From positions 1,920,001 to 1,984,000 of the forward strand of contig OY969807.1 of assembly GCA_963703285.1 (NCBI GenBank): 64,000 nt of DNA, written 5' to 3'. The first letter of the stretch is position 1, and the number at the start of each line of letters is the position of its first letter. The notes under the pieces are model-generated. The model saw only the letters and a program-made list of their open reading frames with translations, was not told the DNA's origin and ran no database searches. This stretch comes from an uncultured Nitrososphaerota archaeon (GTDB lineage: Archaea > Thermoproteota > Nitrososphaeria > Nitrososphaerales > Gagatemarchaeaceae). Below, piece by piece: positions 1-9,140 of the stretch. A program made the position numbers and the translations under genes.

Positions 1-363
1 GTCGAGCTGTCTGTCGTAGGTCTGCGCCCAGAGATGCCCCTCGTCTCGCCCGTCTATGAGTTGGACAGAGATTCTCACCCTGTTGGTCGCCTTCCTGACG
101 CTCCCTTCGACCAAGGTGTCCGCGGCCAGTTCCCTCGCTATGTCGAGGACCCCCTTCGCGCTGGCCTTGTACTGCATCGCCGAGGTTCTCGATATGACCT
201 TGATTCGGTCGATCGTCGAGAGGGCGACTATGAGCTCCTCCGTGATTCCGTCGGCGAAGTACTCGTTTTCGGGGTCGGAACTCATGTTCTTGAAGGGTAG
301 AATCGCTACGGTCTGTCGGTCGATGACCTGAGGCCCAGTCGACAGGTCTCCCGAGGGCGTCAA
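1..363 (-). CDS. TolB-N-like domain protein (type found in adenylate-cyclase/TPR proteins); runs off the left edge
   Basis: Manual translation from TTG at 363: VAILPFKNMSSDPENEYFADGITEELIVALS..VISRTSAMQYK..VEGSVRKATNRVRISVQLID..HLWAQTYDRQLD. Not in the ORF track because it is truncated. Confidence 0.75.
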   Translation of the reverse strand, partial: MTPSGDLSTGPQVIDRQTVAILPFKNMSSDPENEYFADGITEELIVALSTIDRIKVISRTSAMQYKASAKGVLDIARELAADTLVEGSVRKATNRVRISVQLIDGRDEGHLWAQTYDRQLD

Positions 364-491
364 GCCGCCGAACTTGGCCCCGCGAATAGTTATGTCTTTG
401 GTTGCGGCCTCCCTTGCCACGGAGCCTTCTCGCCTCCCCGACGCGCCCGAGGCCCGTCTCAGCTGCGAATCGGAGCCTTTGCCGAGCTGCG

Positions 492-1180
492 TCAGCGCAC
501 GCTCAGGGTGCCCGTCATCCAACCTGGGGTCGTCATCGCGCCGGCCGTCCCATCGGGTCCAGACCCGCAAGGCGTCGTGCACATCCAAATGTAGTTCCCG
601 GGCCCGCCAGTCATAAAGTAGGCGGCCACAGTCGAGTTAGCGGCGACTGGGATGTTGAGGCTGAGCTCAGGTATCGTGAAGGTGTGCGAAATCAGAGAGG
701 GCGGAAGGCTCGAGACAGACTGGGCTCCCGTTATCACGATTCCTGATTTTCCCTCGCTCGAGTTGACCGCGTTGTTGTTGACGACCCACATGGTCCCGTT
801 CACTGTCCCGCTGACCTTGTAGTACTGGGGGCTGCTGGGCGTCGCGTTCCCCCTGTATCGTAGTTCTGGATGACGACCTCGATCAAGGTGTGCGCGGGCA
901 GGGTAATGTTCGCAGAAGACTGGAGGCCGTCCGGGCCGACAACGTAGTATGCAGGTTGCGCGCCAACGGTCGAGTTGAACACGTTGTTCGTGGTGATCAC
1001 GAGCGCGAGGACGTATGGCGAGGCCGAGGAGCTCGAAGAAGCCGTCTCGGTGACCGTGCTGCCCTGCTTAGCAGTCGTTATCGTGCCAAAGTAGTATCCG
1101 AGGCCAGCGGCCAGGCAGAGTGTGATGATCAACAGAACCACGGTCACCTTGGTTTGACTGTCCTTCATGGGACTCGGCAT
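492..1180 (-). pseudogene. Membrane-anchored cupredoxin-fold protein split by a frameshift
   Basis: ORFs 800..1180 and 492..803 join if the G5 run near 849-853 is corrected (NYDTG|NATPSSPQYYKVSGTVNG). N-terminal TM helix; HTFTIP...CTTPCG...AM...GWM. Confidence 0.7.
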
Positions 1181-1214
1181 CCCTCCCCGTGCTGATAAGT
1201 GTGCCGAGGGACGG

Positions 1215-1255
1215 CCAAGAGGCGACGGGCCCGACCTCTTAGCCGTTCTAAGAGG
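1215..1255. promoter_or_regulatory. Candidate operator: CCTCTTAG-N5-CTAAGAGG plus an extra half-site CCAAGAGG
   Basis: Perfect 8-bp inverted repeat 1235-1242/1248-1255 just upstream of the cupredoxin promoter. Confidence 0.3.
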
Positions 1256-1284
1256 CTTAGGCTAGGACCGATAGTTGGAAGTGA

Positions 1285-1517
1285 AAGCTCCAGCAGGATT
1301 GCCATCACCAGTATCTCAGCACAGACATCGAGGACGCGGGGTCTCTGATTCAGGACGGCTACAGGGTTGAAGAGGGGCAGGACAGGAGAAGAACGGCGCT
1401 GAACAAGGCGGTCCACCACTACGGATATGCGGAGACCGTGAGGAAGATCAACCCCTCGGGGACGACTTGGAGTACCTGAAGGCGAAGTTCAAAGACCGTC
1501 TTCCGCGTTCGGCGTGA
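1285..1517 (+). pseudogene. Decayed small ORF resembling DUF5771-like (virus-associated) proteins
   Basis: GSLIQDGYRVEEGQDRRRTALNKAVHHYGYAETVRKIN, then in another frame DDLEYLKAKF; no start codon. Resemblance is from memory only. Confidence 0.3.
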
Positions 1518-1581
1518 CATCATCTACGGATGTAAGGTAGCGGAACTGTCAGTGAGATTGTGGTCTCGATCTACCGCTCAC

Positions 1582-2130
1582 CTATCTCGATGATTGAGGG
1601 GTACCGTCCCGCTTCGCGTAGTATTCGTCGTCCGAGTTTGTTGCCTTTTTCGCGGGATTCTTTCTCAGCGCGCCCATTATGGCGACGATGATCCCGGCGA
1701 TCACGCAAACGATACCGGCGAGCACCAGCAAGCCCGAGCCGACGGTTTCCGCGAGGCTCCCCGTGACCACAATCTTCGTAGTTGGCTGTACCGACGAGAA
1801 GGCAACGTAGTTGAAATCTCCCCGGAGTCCAATGTAGGTCTCAGACGAAGCAGCGGTCGAGTTCGAGGCAATAGCATACGAATCAATATTCGTGGAGTTC
1901 ACTGCGCTGATATCCTGAGTAGGAACCATCCCGCCGACGCTCGCGGGGGACCTAACAACGACCACGGAGTCGTTGAGGACCAGCTCTGCCGAGACATACT
2001 CCCCCGCAGTGGGTTGAGTAAAGCTCGTTATGCTCGTCGTCGCATTCTTCAGGCTGTACCCGCCCACGGCGGCCAGGGCAATTCCAACTACTAGGATGAT
2101 GAGCCCTATCGCAAGAGTTCGAGTCCTCAC
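1582..2130 (-). CDS. Hypothetical membrane protein (N- and C-terminal TM helices)
   Basis: Two hydrophobic helices around a S/T-rich domain; TTTTAAG box upstream. Confidence 0.7.
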   Translation of the reverse strand: MRTRTLAIGLIILVVGIALAAVGGYSLKNATTSITSFTQPTAGEYVSAELVLNDSVVVVRSPASVGGMVPTQDISAVNSTNIDSYAIASNSTAASSETYIGLRGDFNYVAFSSVQPTTKIVVTGSLAETVGSGLLVLAGIVCVIAGIIVAIMGALRKNPAKKATNSDDEYYAKRDGTPQSSR

Positions 2131-2436
2131 GCGGCGGTCCCCTCTTAAAATCTCGCGCTGAGCATCGGTGCGTTAGCGATCTCGGTATCGTCTCTTGATC
2201 GAACAACGAACTTTGAACCGAAGTAGAAGGTGGATAGAATCCTGCCGGACAAGTCGCATTGGTATGCCTCCTCTTCGGCTAATAACGGCTTCGGTTGGTA
2301 CAAGAGTTGTACTCAACAGATGTAGTCCCGTTAAGGAGATCCTCGGTAGGAAACGAGGAGTATAACACGCAGCCGCGCCATTGGACAGAACCGCATTTCG
2401 AAATCTGTAAATATCTTCGGCAAGACAACATATGTT

Positions 2437-3258
2437 ATGGCTGCCATTAGGACCAAGGATGGAACGCAAATCTACTACAAGGATTGGGGAACGGGACAGC
2501 CCATAGTCTTCAGCCATGGTTGGCCGCTGAGCGCCGACGCATTTGAAGACCAGATGCTGTTCTTGGCCTCGCACGGATACCGCTGCGTCGCGCACGACCG
2601 CCGCGGTCACGGACGCTCGGATCAGCCATGGAACGGCAACGATATGGACACATACGCCGATGACCTCGCCGAGCTGGTAAAGCACCTCGACCTGAAGGAC
2701 GCAGTCCATGTCGGTCACTCGACCGGGGGCGGCGAGGTCGCGCGCTACATAGGCCGGCACGGGACGAAGCGCGTCGCCAAGGCCGTCCTGATTGGAGCTG
2801 TACCACCGATTATGCTCAAGACGGCCGCAAACCCCGGCGGGCTACCCATCGAGGTGTTCGATCAGATTCGCGCCGGCGTCCTTGCCGACCGGTCGCAGTA
2901 CTGGAAGGACCTCAGCACGCCATTCTACGGGTTCAATAGGCCTGGCGCCAAGGTCTCGCAGGGCCTCCGCGACTCGTTCTGGCTGCAGGGGATGATGGCG
3001 GGGCACAAGGCGGTCTACGACTGCATCAAACAGTTCTCCGAGACCGACTTTACCGAGGACCTCAAGAAGATGGACGTCCCAACTCTCATACTTCACGGCG
3101 ACGACGACCAGATAGTGCCGATAGCGGATTCGGCGATGCTCTCTTCGAAGATAGTGAAGGGTGCTACGCTGAAGGTTATCCCCGGAGCTCCTCACGGAAT
3201 GTGTTCCACCCTCAAAGACATCGTCAACAGCGAACTGCTTTCATTCATCCAAGGATAG
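2437..3258 (+). CDS. cpo: Alpha/beta hydrolase, non-heme chloroperoxidase/arylesterase type
   Basis: [23 protein letters not shown] nucleophile, [13 protein letters not shown]. Confidence 0.9.
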   Translation: MAAIRTKDGTQIYYKDWGTGQPIVFSHGWPLSADAFEDQMLFLASHGYRCVAHDRRGHGRSDQPWNGNDMDTYADDLAELVKHLDLKDAVHVGHSTGGGEVARYIGRHGTKRVAKAVLIGAVPPIMLKTAANPGGLPIEVFDQIRAGVLADRSQYWKDLSTPFYGFNRPGAKVSQGLRDSFWLQGMMAGHKAVYDCIKQFSETDFTEDLKKMDVPTLILHGDDDQIVPIADSAMLSSKIVKGATLKVIPGAPHGMCSTLKDIVNSELLSFIQG

Positions 3259-3377
3259 CTGAGGAGAGGTACACCTTTCTCTTCAAGAAGGAGTTCCGCC
3301 GCCGCTTGGGCCTGACTCAAGAGGCCACTGGGACTACGTCAACCCCAATATAAGGTGGCTTTGAACAGTAAATAGGA

Positions 3378-3471
3378 TGGGGCCGGTGAGATTTGAACTC
3401 ACGGTCGCCTGCAGTTTGACCCGTCGCCGGGCCCCCAAGCAGGAATCTTGACCAAACTAGACTACGGCCCC
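3378..3471 (-). tRNA. tRNA-Pro(GGG) with a 19-nt intron at 37/38 (3414-3432)
   Basis: Acceptor GGGGCCG/CGGCCCC, anticodon stem CCTGC/GCAGG, loop TT-GGG-G[intron]T, T-loop TTCAAAT; CCA not encoded. Confidence 0.92.
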
Positions 3472-3537
3472 CGAAGCGCCTCGCGGAGGGAACACCATAT
3501 ACATGCTTTTCGAGACGAAGCCTCCAGTCCGTCGGGC

Positions 3538-4314
3538 CTAGATGGAGACGCCGATGGCGCCGAGCAGCCGCACGTAGCTCTCGTCCGACGAGTCCTCCTT
3601 GTACCTTCTCAGCGCCGCCAGGACCGGCTCCCTGCTCCTCATCCCCAAGGTGCGCCTGACGAACGGGGCGCACCTCCCGCCGATGAGCATGTACTGGGCC
3701 GCCGTCGTCACGTTCTTGACCGCCCTCTTCTGGCTGGCGGACTCGAAGTCTATCACGTACGGCGTGTCACCAGCCATTATCACGTGCTTCCTCAGGTCGC
3801 TCAGCTGCCCGTGGTCGAGGCCGATCAGGTCCAGCTTCCTGCACTGATTCAGCAGGCGGTGAAGGACCTCTCGCACCCGCGCCCTGGTTCCCACGCCCCT
3901 TATCGCACGGAGGTGCTCCTCGAGGTCTCCCCCCTCGACGAGTTGCATCAGCATGAAGTCGCTCGTCGCGGCAAACGCGCGCGCCCCCACACCGATCACG
4001 TTCGCCACCTGCGTCAGCCTGTACTCCTCGAGCATGCTCTCCCTGTTGGCGTCCATCCGCCTGATCTTCAGCGCATAGACGTCGCCCCTCACGAACGCCC
4101 GGACCACGACGCTGACGGTCCCAATCCCGACGAGACCGAGCCTCCCGATCTTCGTCCTCCCTTCGAAGACGACCTCCTCGACGCCCAGCTCCCTTAGCTG
4201 CCCGACCCTGGACTGGGCTGCCTTCAAATCCAAGGCCGGATAGGTGAGGACGCCGAGGTATGGTGTCCTGACGAACTCGTCCAGCCTAATCCGTTCCAAT
4301 AGGGTCTGCGACAA
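3538..4314 (-). CDS. Archaeal RIO-like Ser/Thr protein kinase
   Basis: GIGTVSVV, ALKIRR, DHGQLS, VIDFESAS; typical position after cca. Confidence 0.85.
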   Translation of the reverse strand: MSQTLLERIRLDEFVRTPYLGVLTYPALDLKAAQSRVGQLRELGVEEVVFEGRTKIGRLGLVGIGTVSVVVRAFVRGDVYALKIRRMDANRESMLEEYRLTQVANVIGVGARAFAATSDFMLMQLVEGGDLEEHLRAIRGVGTRARVREVLHRLLNQCRKLDLIGLDHGQLSDLRKHVIMAGDTPYVIDFESASQKRAVKNVTTAAQYMLIGGRCAPFVRRTLGMRSREPVLAALRRYKEDSSDESYVRLLGAIGVSI

Positions 4315-5620
4315 ACTCCTCTACGCCTTCGCCCAACCACTTCTCCTTCGAGGTCTCCCGAAGGACGTCCCTTCCCGCCACGACCCTTCCGCTCCTCCTG
4401 ATCGGAATCGCCACCTCTCTGGAGGCTCCGACACTTCCGATTTCCGACTCCAGGACCGCCTCGAGCAGTCTCCTGAGGCTCGTCACCTCCCTCCTCTGGA
4501 GCATGTGCACCCTCCCATCGTCCGCGAGCCAGATGAGTTCGGCCTTCTCCCTGTTCTTCGAGACGAACCTCCCGACCTCGGCCGACATCTCGACTGCTGG
4601 ACCGACCCTCTCCTCGAGCTCCGGGATGCTCTCCGTCCCGGGGAGCAGCACGATGGCGCTCTTTGCCGCGTTGTCCGACAACGGCGCCGCCCTGATTATG
4701 ACGAACCCCCGCTCCTCGAGGTACCTCACGAGCTGCCTCGTGCTCTTCTTCAGCTCTCCCCAGAGGGTGTCCTCGCTTATGGGTTTGTGGTCGAACCTGA
4801 TGACGTAGAGCTTCGGCACGAGCCCGCGCCTGACCCTCCGCCTGAGACCTGTGAAGTAGGCGAAGTCGGGCTCGTTCAGGAACGCCCTCGACGCGAGCAC
4901 CATCCTCGCAACCGTCTGCCTTGAGATCGCCTTGGCAAGGTCCCTTTCGTCGTCGATTGGGTCCTTCAGGACGAGGAGCGCCTCGCCGGAGGGCCTGAGG
5001 CTTGCGAAGTAGCGTAGCACGGCCTCGAAGCTACCGTGCTCGTGGACTAGCACCTCCGCCGCGTACCCGCTGAACCCTTCCTTCTCTATCTCCGCCCCAT
5101 AGACGCCGATGGTCCTCATGAAGCGCTTGAGCAGCCTGACCTGGGTGCGCTTCCCGTCGTCCAGGTTCTTGTTCACGAACTCGACGTGGTACGGCGACCT
5201 GTCGGCGGCGCTCTTCCATTCGCCCGGCGGGACGTCGTAGCATGGGACAACGTTGACCTTGATGCCGTCCACGCTCGCCTCCGTGTACGGGTGCTGTGCG
5301 TACTTCTTCCCGTGCTTGTATCCCCTCGAAGCCTGCCTCCCTATCTCGAGCCCGACGGTCTCGAACCTCTCTTCGTCCACGCTGCTTGCGAGCTTCACGA
5401 AGACGTCGATGTCCGTGAGGGCATCGCCCCCGGGAGGGAGCCAGGTCCGCTTGGCGTACGAGCCGCCGAGGATGACCGCGGTCACCTCCTTGTGTGGAAC
5501 CGACGCGGCCTCCACCTTCCCGAGAACCTTCCGGGCGACGGCGTCGAGGCGCGCCTCGTCCGCCGCGGACGGGACCACAATCTTCTCGGCCCTCGCCAGC
5601 ACCCCTTGGAGCTTCGTCAC
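4286..5620 (-). CDS. cca: CCA-adding tRNA nucleotidyltransferase (class I)
   Basis: GGSYAKRTWL..DIDVF, YAQHPY, SAADRSPYH, GFSGY, DPID. Confidence 0.95.
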   Translation of the reverse strand: MTKLQGVLARAEKIVVPSAADEARLDAVARKVLGKVEAASVPHKEVTAVILGGSYAKRTWLPPGGDALTDIDVFVKLASSVDEERFETVGLEIGRQASRGYKHGKKYAQHPYTEASVDGIKVNVVPCYDVPPGEWKSAADRSPYHVEFVNKNLDDGKRTQVRLLKRFMRTIGVYGAEIEKEGFSGYAAEVLVHEHGSFEAVLRYFASLRPSGEALLVLKDPIDDERDLAKAISRQTVARMVLASRAFLNEPDFAYFTGLRRRVRRGLVPKLYVIRFDHKPISEDTLWGELKKSTRQLVRYLEERGFVIIRAAPLSDNAAKSAIVLLPGTESIPELEERVGPAVEMSAEVGRFVSKNREKAELIWLADDGRVHMLQRREVTSLRRLLEAVLESEIGSVGASREVAIPIRRSGRVVAGRDVLRETSKEKWLGEGVEEFVADPIGTD

Positions 5621-6186
5621 TTGAGAGCGTACTCCCTGATGTCCGTGTAGACGGGACCGCCCGGCGAGAGGACGCTCGACTTGAGCTTCAGACTGGCTAT
5701 CCTCGTAACCCCGAAATCGCGGCGGGAGTTCGCTTGGATGAACGAGGCCAGCTCCCCGGCGTTGAGCGGGCTCCTCACCCTTGCCAAGGTAATGTGGGGC
5801 GAGAACCCGTGGTCATCGGGCCTCCCGACGCCCTCGAGCGCCGAGATGAACGCCGACGCAGCGCGGTTGATCGCCTGCTCGCTCTCGCGGGCGACGCCGG
5901 CCCAGACCACCCTCGGCCGCCTCAGGTCCGGGAACGCTCCCAGACCCCTAACGCCGACCTCGAAGCTCGACAACGCCAGCCCCTGCAGCCTCGCGTCTAC
6001 CTCCTTAATTGTGTCCTCGGGGACCTCTCCCAGGAATTTCACCGTGAAGTGGAGGTTGTCCCTCTCCACCGGCTTCAGGTCGGCACGCGTCCGCCTCAGC
6101 TCCTCCTCCGCCGCGGCGAGGCTCCCGACGACCTCCTGCGAGACCTCGAAAGCGAGAAACGCGCGCGTCTGTCTCCACCTCTGCAG
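5617..6186 (-). CDS. thpR: RNA 2',3'-cyclic phosphodiesterase (2H family); probable CTG start
   Basis: HFTVKFLG and PHITLAR motifs; the conserved RAFLAF start lies upstream of the first GTG (6069). Confidence 0.9.
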   Translation of the reverse strand: MQRWRQTRAFLAFEVSQEVVGSLAAAEEELRRTRADLKPVERDNLHFTVKFLGEVPEDTIKEVDARLQGLALSSFEVGVRGLGAFPDLRRPRVVWAGVARESEQAINRAASAFISALEGVGRPDDHGFSPHITLARVRSPLNAGELASFIQANSRRDFGVTRIASLKLKSSVLSPGGPVYTDIREYALK

Positions 6187-6242
6187 GTTCCCCGCCCTGC
6201 GCGCTAAATAAGGACTGACTTGACCCGAAGGTTCTATTTACT

Positions 6243-6827
6243 TTGGCCGGGACGGCGGTGGGGCACGCCACGATGTTGATCATAGCCATCACGGGGATGC
6301 CAGGGGCGGGCAAGTCCACGGTGGCGCAGGCTCTCGAGAGGACGGGGCTGCCCCGGATAGCCATGGGCGACATGATTCGGGAGGAGACACTGAGGAGGGG
6401 CCTCCCCCTCGATGACAGGAACATGGGTGCTGTCATGCGGGAGATGAGGGAGAAGTACGGCGCCGGCGCCGTGGCGGAGCTCTGCCTCCGCAGCATCCAG
6501 TCCAGGGGCGGCGACGTCTTCGTGGTCGACGGCATAAGGTCGGTCGCCGAGCTGGTGGTCTTCAGGAGAGCCGGCGAGGTCAGGCTCATCGCGATCATCG
6601 CCTCCCCGAAGAGGAGGTACGAGCTGCTCACCACCAGGGGGCGCACCGACGCCCCGCCTGACCTCGAGTCCTTCAACGCGAGAGACGAGAGGGAGCTCTC
6701 GATTGGGATAGGGAACGCCATAGCGCTCGCGGACGAGGCGATAGTGAACGAGCGGATCGCACCGGACGAGCTGGAGGGCGCTGCGCTCAGGATAGCGACC
6801 GGGTGGATGAAGTCGGTTGGAAGCTAG
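6243..6827 (+). CDS. UPF0200 dephospho-CoA-kinase-like P-loop NTPase
   Basis: GMPGAGKS, MGDMIREE, DGIRS, RDERELSIG; ATG at 6273 is an alternative start. Confidence 0.85.
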   Translation: MAGTAVGHATMLIIAITGMPGAGKSTVAQALERTGLPRIAMGDMIREETLRRGLPLDDRNMGAVMREMREKYGAGAVAELCLRSIQSRGGDVFVVDGIRSVAELVVFRRAGEVRLIAIIASPKRRYELLTTRGRTDAPPDLESFNARDERELSIGIGNAIALADEAIVNERIAPDELEGAALRIATGWMKSVGS

Positions 6828-7215
6828 AGGACCAATAAGCATCTCGCTCCACGCCTCGGTCTCGCCCAGCGAGGACCCGGCCAAGGTGCAGGCGGCCGCC
6901 AAGAACGTCCTCGGCGAGTGCGCCTACGAGGTCGAAGAGGTGCGGGACGGCTTCATTCTGCATTCGGACGAGATGGCCTGCCTCCAGAAGATTCACGACC
7001 AGCTCAGGGGCAGGCACGTGAGGGCCGCGGCGAACCGGCTCCTTCTCAGGATGAGGGACGGCCCCAGGCTGACGGCGCTCCTAAACAGGCAGGCGGCTGC
7101 GGCCGGCGTCGTCGCGCTCTGCACGAGCGCCACCGAGTCGTCCCTGGGGCCCCTCGTCCTGCGGATGGAGTGTGCGAGTCCGGAAGCCGTCGTCGAGTGG
7201 CTCACAGCCTACTGA
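6817..7215 (+). CDS. UPF0201 RNA-binding-fold protein
   Basis: PSEDPAKV, LNRQAAAAG, ESSLGP. Confidence 0.8.
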   Translation: MEARGPISISLHASVSPSEDPAKVQAAAKNVLGECAYEVEEVRDGFILHSDEMACLQKIHDQLRGRHVRAAANRLLLRMRDGPRLTALLNRQAAAAGVVALCTSATESSLGPLVLRMECASPEAVVEWLTAY

Positions 7216-8126
7216 GCCGCTGGGAGCTCCAGGACGAGCCCGTCATGGGCCGCCACGGTGTCGGGAAACACCCTCTGCGCCTCCCTCAGCAGGGAGTCCA
7301 CCCTCCTGTACCTGGCGCTGAAGTGCGTGAGGACGAGCCTCTTCGCCCCCGCCTCCTTTGCAAGCTGGGCCGCCTCGGGAGCCGTGCTGTGCTTCCTCTC
7401 GAAGGCCAGGTCGGCGTGCCTCGACGCAAACGTCGAGTCGAAGATAAGGAGGTCGACCCCGGAGAAGAACCTCGCCAGCCGGCGGGTCGCCCTCGTGTCG
7501 CCGGAGTAGCCTATCGACCTCCCCGGCCTCTTCGGACCGAGCACCTGGTCGGGCCTGACCCTGACCCCTCCGACCGAGACGCTCCTCCCCCGCTGCAGGC
7601 TCGACCACTTCTTCCCCTCGGGGACCCCGAGGGAGATCGCCTTCTTCGGGTCGAAGACTCCTGGGCGGTCCGACTCCTCGAAGACGAAGGACCAAGACTC
7701 TATGGAGTGGCTCGCCCTCGCGGCCCTGACCCTGAAGTCCGCGCCCCTGTAGACGTTCCCGGACCTGACGGGGACGAGGCGGAGGTCGAACGTCAGGCCG
7801 ATGTGCAGGACCTTCATGGTCATCTGCAGCCATGCGAACAGCTCGGGCGGGGCGACTATGGTCAGGGACCGTATCCTCTGGGACATGCTCATGGTCTGGA
7901 GGAGCCCCAGCAACCCGTTGACGTGGTCGCCGTGGAGGTGTGTGATCAGGACGACCATCTCCCTGTTGAGCCCCAGGCCGAACTTGACGAACCTCCCCTG
8001 CGCCCCCTCCCCGCAGTCCATGAGGACGACCTGGCCCTCCCTCCTTATCGCCACCGAGGGGAGGCTCCTGTTCTTCGTCGGCGTCGCGGAGCTCGTACCG
8101 AGAAAGATGACCTCGAGCTTTGCCAG
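7209..8126 (-). CDS. rnz: Ribonuclease Z; probable CTG start
   Basis: FLGTSSATPT, DCGEG, THLHGDH, SGDT, HST, THFSARY. Confidence 0.95.
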   Translation of the reverse strand: MAKLEVIFLGTSSATPTKNRSLPSVAIRREGQVVLMDCGEGAQGRFVKFGLGLNREMVVLITHLHGDHVNGLLGLLQTMSMSQRIRSLTIVAPPELFAWLQMTMKVLHIGLTFDLRLVPVRSGNVYRGADFRVRAARASHSIESWSFVFEESDRPGVFDPKKAISLGVPEGKKWSSLQRGRSVSVGGVRVRPDQVLGPKRPGRSIGYSGDTRATRRLARFFSGVDLLIFDSTFASRHADLAFERKHSTAPEAAQLAKEAGAKRLVLTHFSARYRRVDSLLREAQRVFPDTVAAHDGLVLELPAAQ

Positions 8127-8129
8127 CGG

Positions 8130-9140
8130 TCAGACCCTCCTGAGCACGCTTATGGTCCGCGTGAGCCTCCTATGAATGTAAAGGTCGTGCTCCTCCTCGA
8201 CCTCGAAGTCCCGCCTGCTCCCGACGGCGACCGTCTTTGGGTGCATCACCACGAGCCTCCTCCCCTCTCCGAGGACCTCCGAGGCCGTGCCTCGCAGGCT
8301 CTCCATCAGTTCCGTCGCGTTCGAGCCGGAGGCGCTCGAGGCCCTCCCGTAGGGGATGTCCGTTGCAATCCCGTCGGCCGCTGATATGGGCGTCCTCCCT
8401 ATGTCGGCCCTGACGACCCCCAGCCATTCCTGCCCGAAGCTCGACATGTTCCTCAGCGCTCCCTTCGTCATCCTCGCGTCGCGGTCCGCACCCAGCGCCC
8501 TCGCCCCGAGCTCGTGGGCCTCGAGCAGCAGGCTCCCGGTGCCGCAGAAGGGGTCCAGGAAGACCTCGCCCTCCTCTATCCTCGTCAGGTTCACCAGCGC
8601 CCTGGACAGCTTCGGAAAGATGGCGGCCGGGTGGAAGAACGGCCTAGCCCTGGGCCTCCGCGTTATCCATCCCTGCTTCATTAGCGAAGGCTTGGTGAGC
8701 GCGAAATAATCGTGCACTCCGCGGATGACGGTCAGCTCCCGATCGGGGTCCTCGAGGGCAACCGTGCCGCCAATCTCATCGGCGAGGTCGGAGACCATCT
8801 TCCCCGAGTCCGGCCTCCTCGGGCCCAGCTCGAAGACCGACACCCTGTACGTCCCCTCCCTGAGGGACCTCAGCTGGCCATCGTCGAGCCGTCCCTCCGG
8901 GACCATCTCGCCCACGCGCCTTGCGAAGGCTATGCGCCCGGCGATCCTGTCCGTCTCGGTCCGCGAGGACGCTATGAGCACCCTCCCTTCCGGCGACTCG
9001 AACTCCGCCGAACGGTCCTGCATCCGGACGAGCGCTGCCGCCTCGGCCAGAGGGAGGGTCGTGCTCTCCCCCGAGAGCAGGAAGAGTACCTTACTCCGCG
9101 ACCGTTCTGAGGTACGCGGCGAGCGGCTCCGTTGCGTCAA
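8130..9140 (-). CDS. tRNA (guanine-N2) methyltransferase, Trm11/TrmG10-like
   Basis: LSGE, RPFFHP, DPFCGTG, TDIPYG, YIHRRLTR. Confidence 0.85.
   Translation of the reverse strand: MTQRSRSPRTSERSRSKVLFLLSGESTTLPLAEAAALVRMQDRSAEFESPEGRVLIASSRTETDRIAGRIAFARRVGEMVPEGRLDDGQLRSLREGTYRVSVFELGPRRPDSGKMVSDLADEIGGTVALEDPDRELTVIRGVHDYFALTKPSLMKQGWITRRPRARPFFHPAAIFPKLSRALVNLTRIEEGEVFLDPFCGTGSLLLEAHELGARALGADRDARMTKGALRNMSSFGQEWLGVVRADIGRTPISAADGIATDIPYGRASSASGSNATELMESLRGTASEVLGEGRRLVVMHPKTVAVGSRRDFEVEEEHDLYIHRRLTRTISVLRRV

Noticed and set aside
6918-8384. Long antisense or alternative-frame ORFs (also 52656..54923, 23083..24279, 61599..62804 and many others)
   Set aside because: Shadow ORFs of high-GC genes; R/G/P-rich, no motifs, and they overlap well-supported genes
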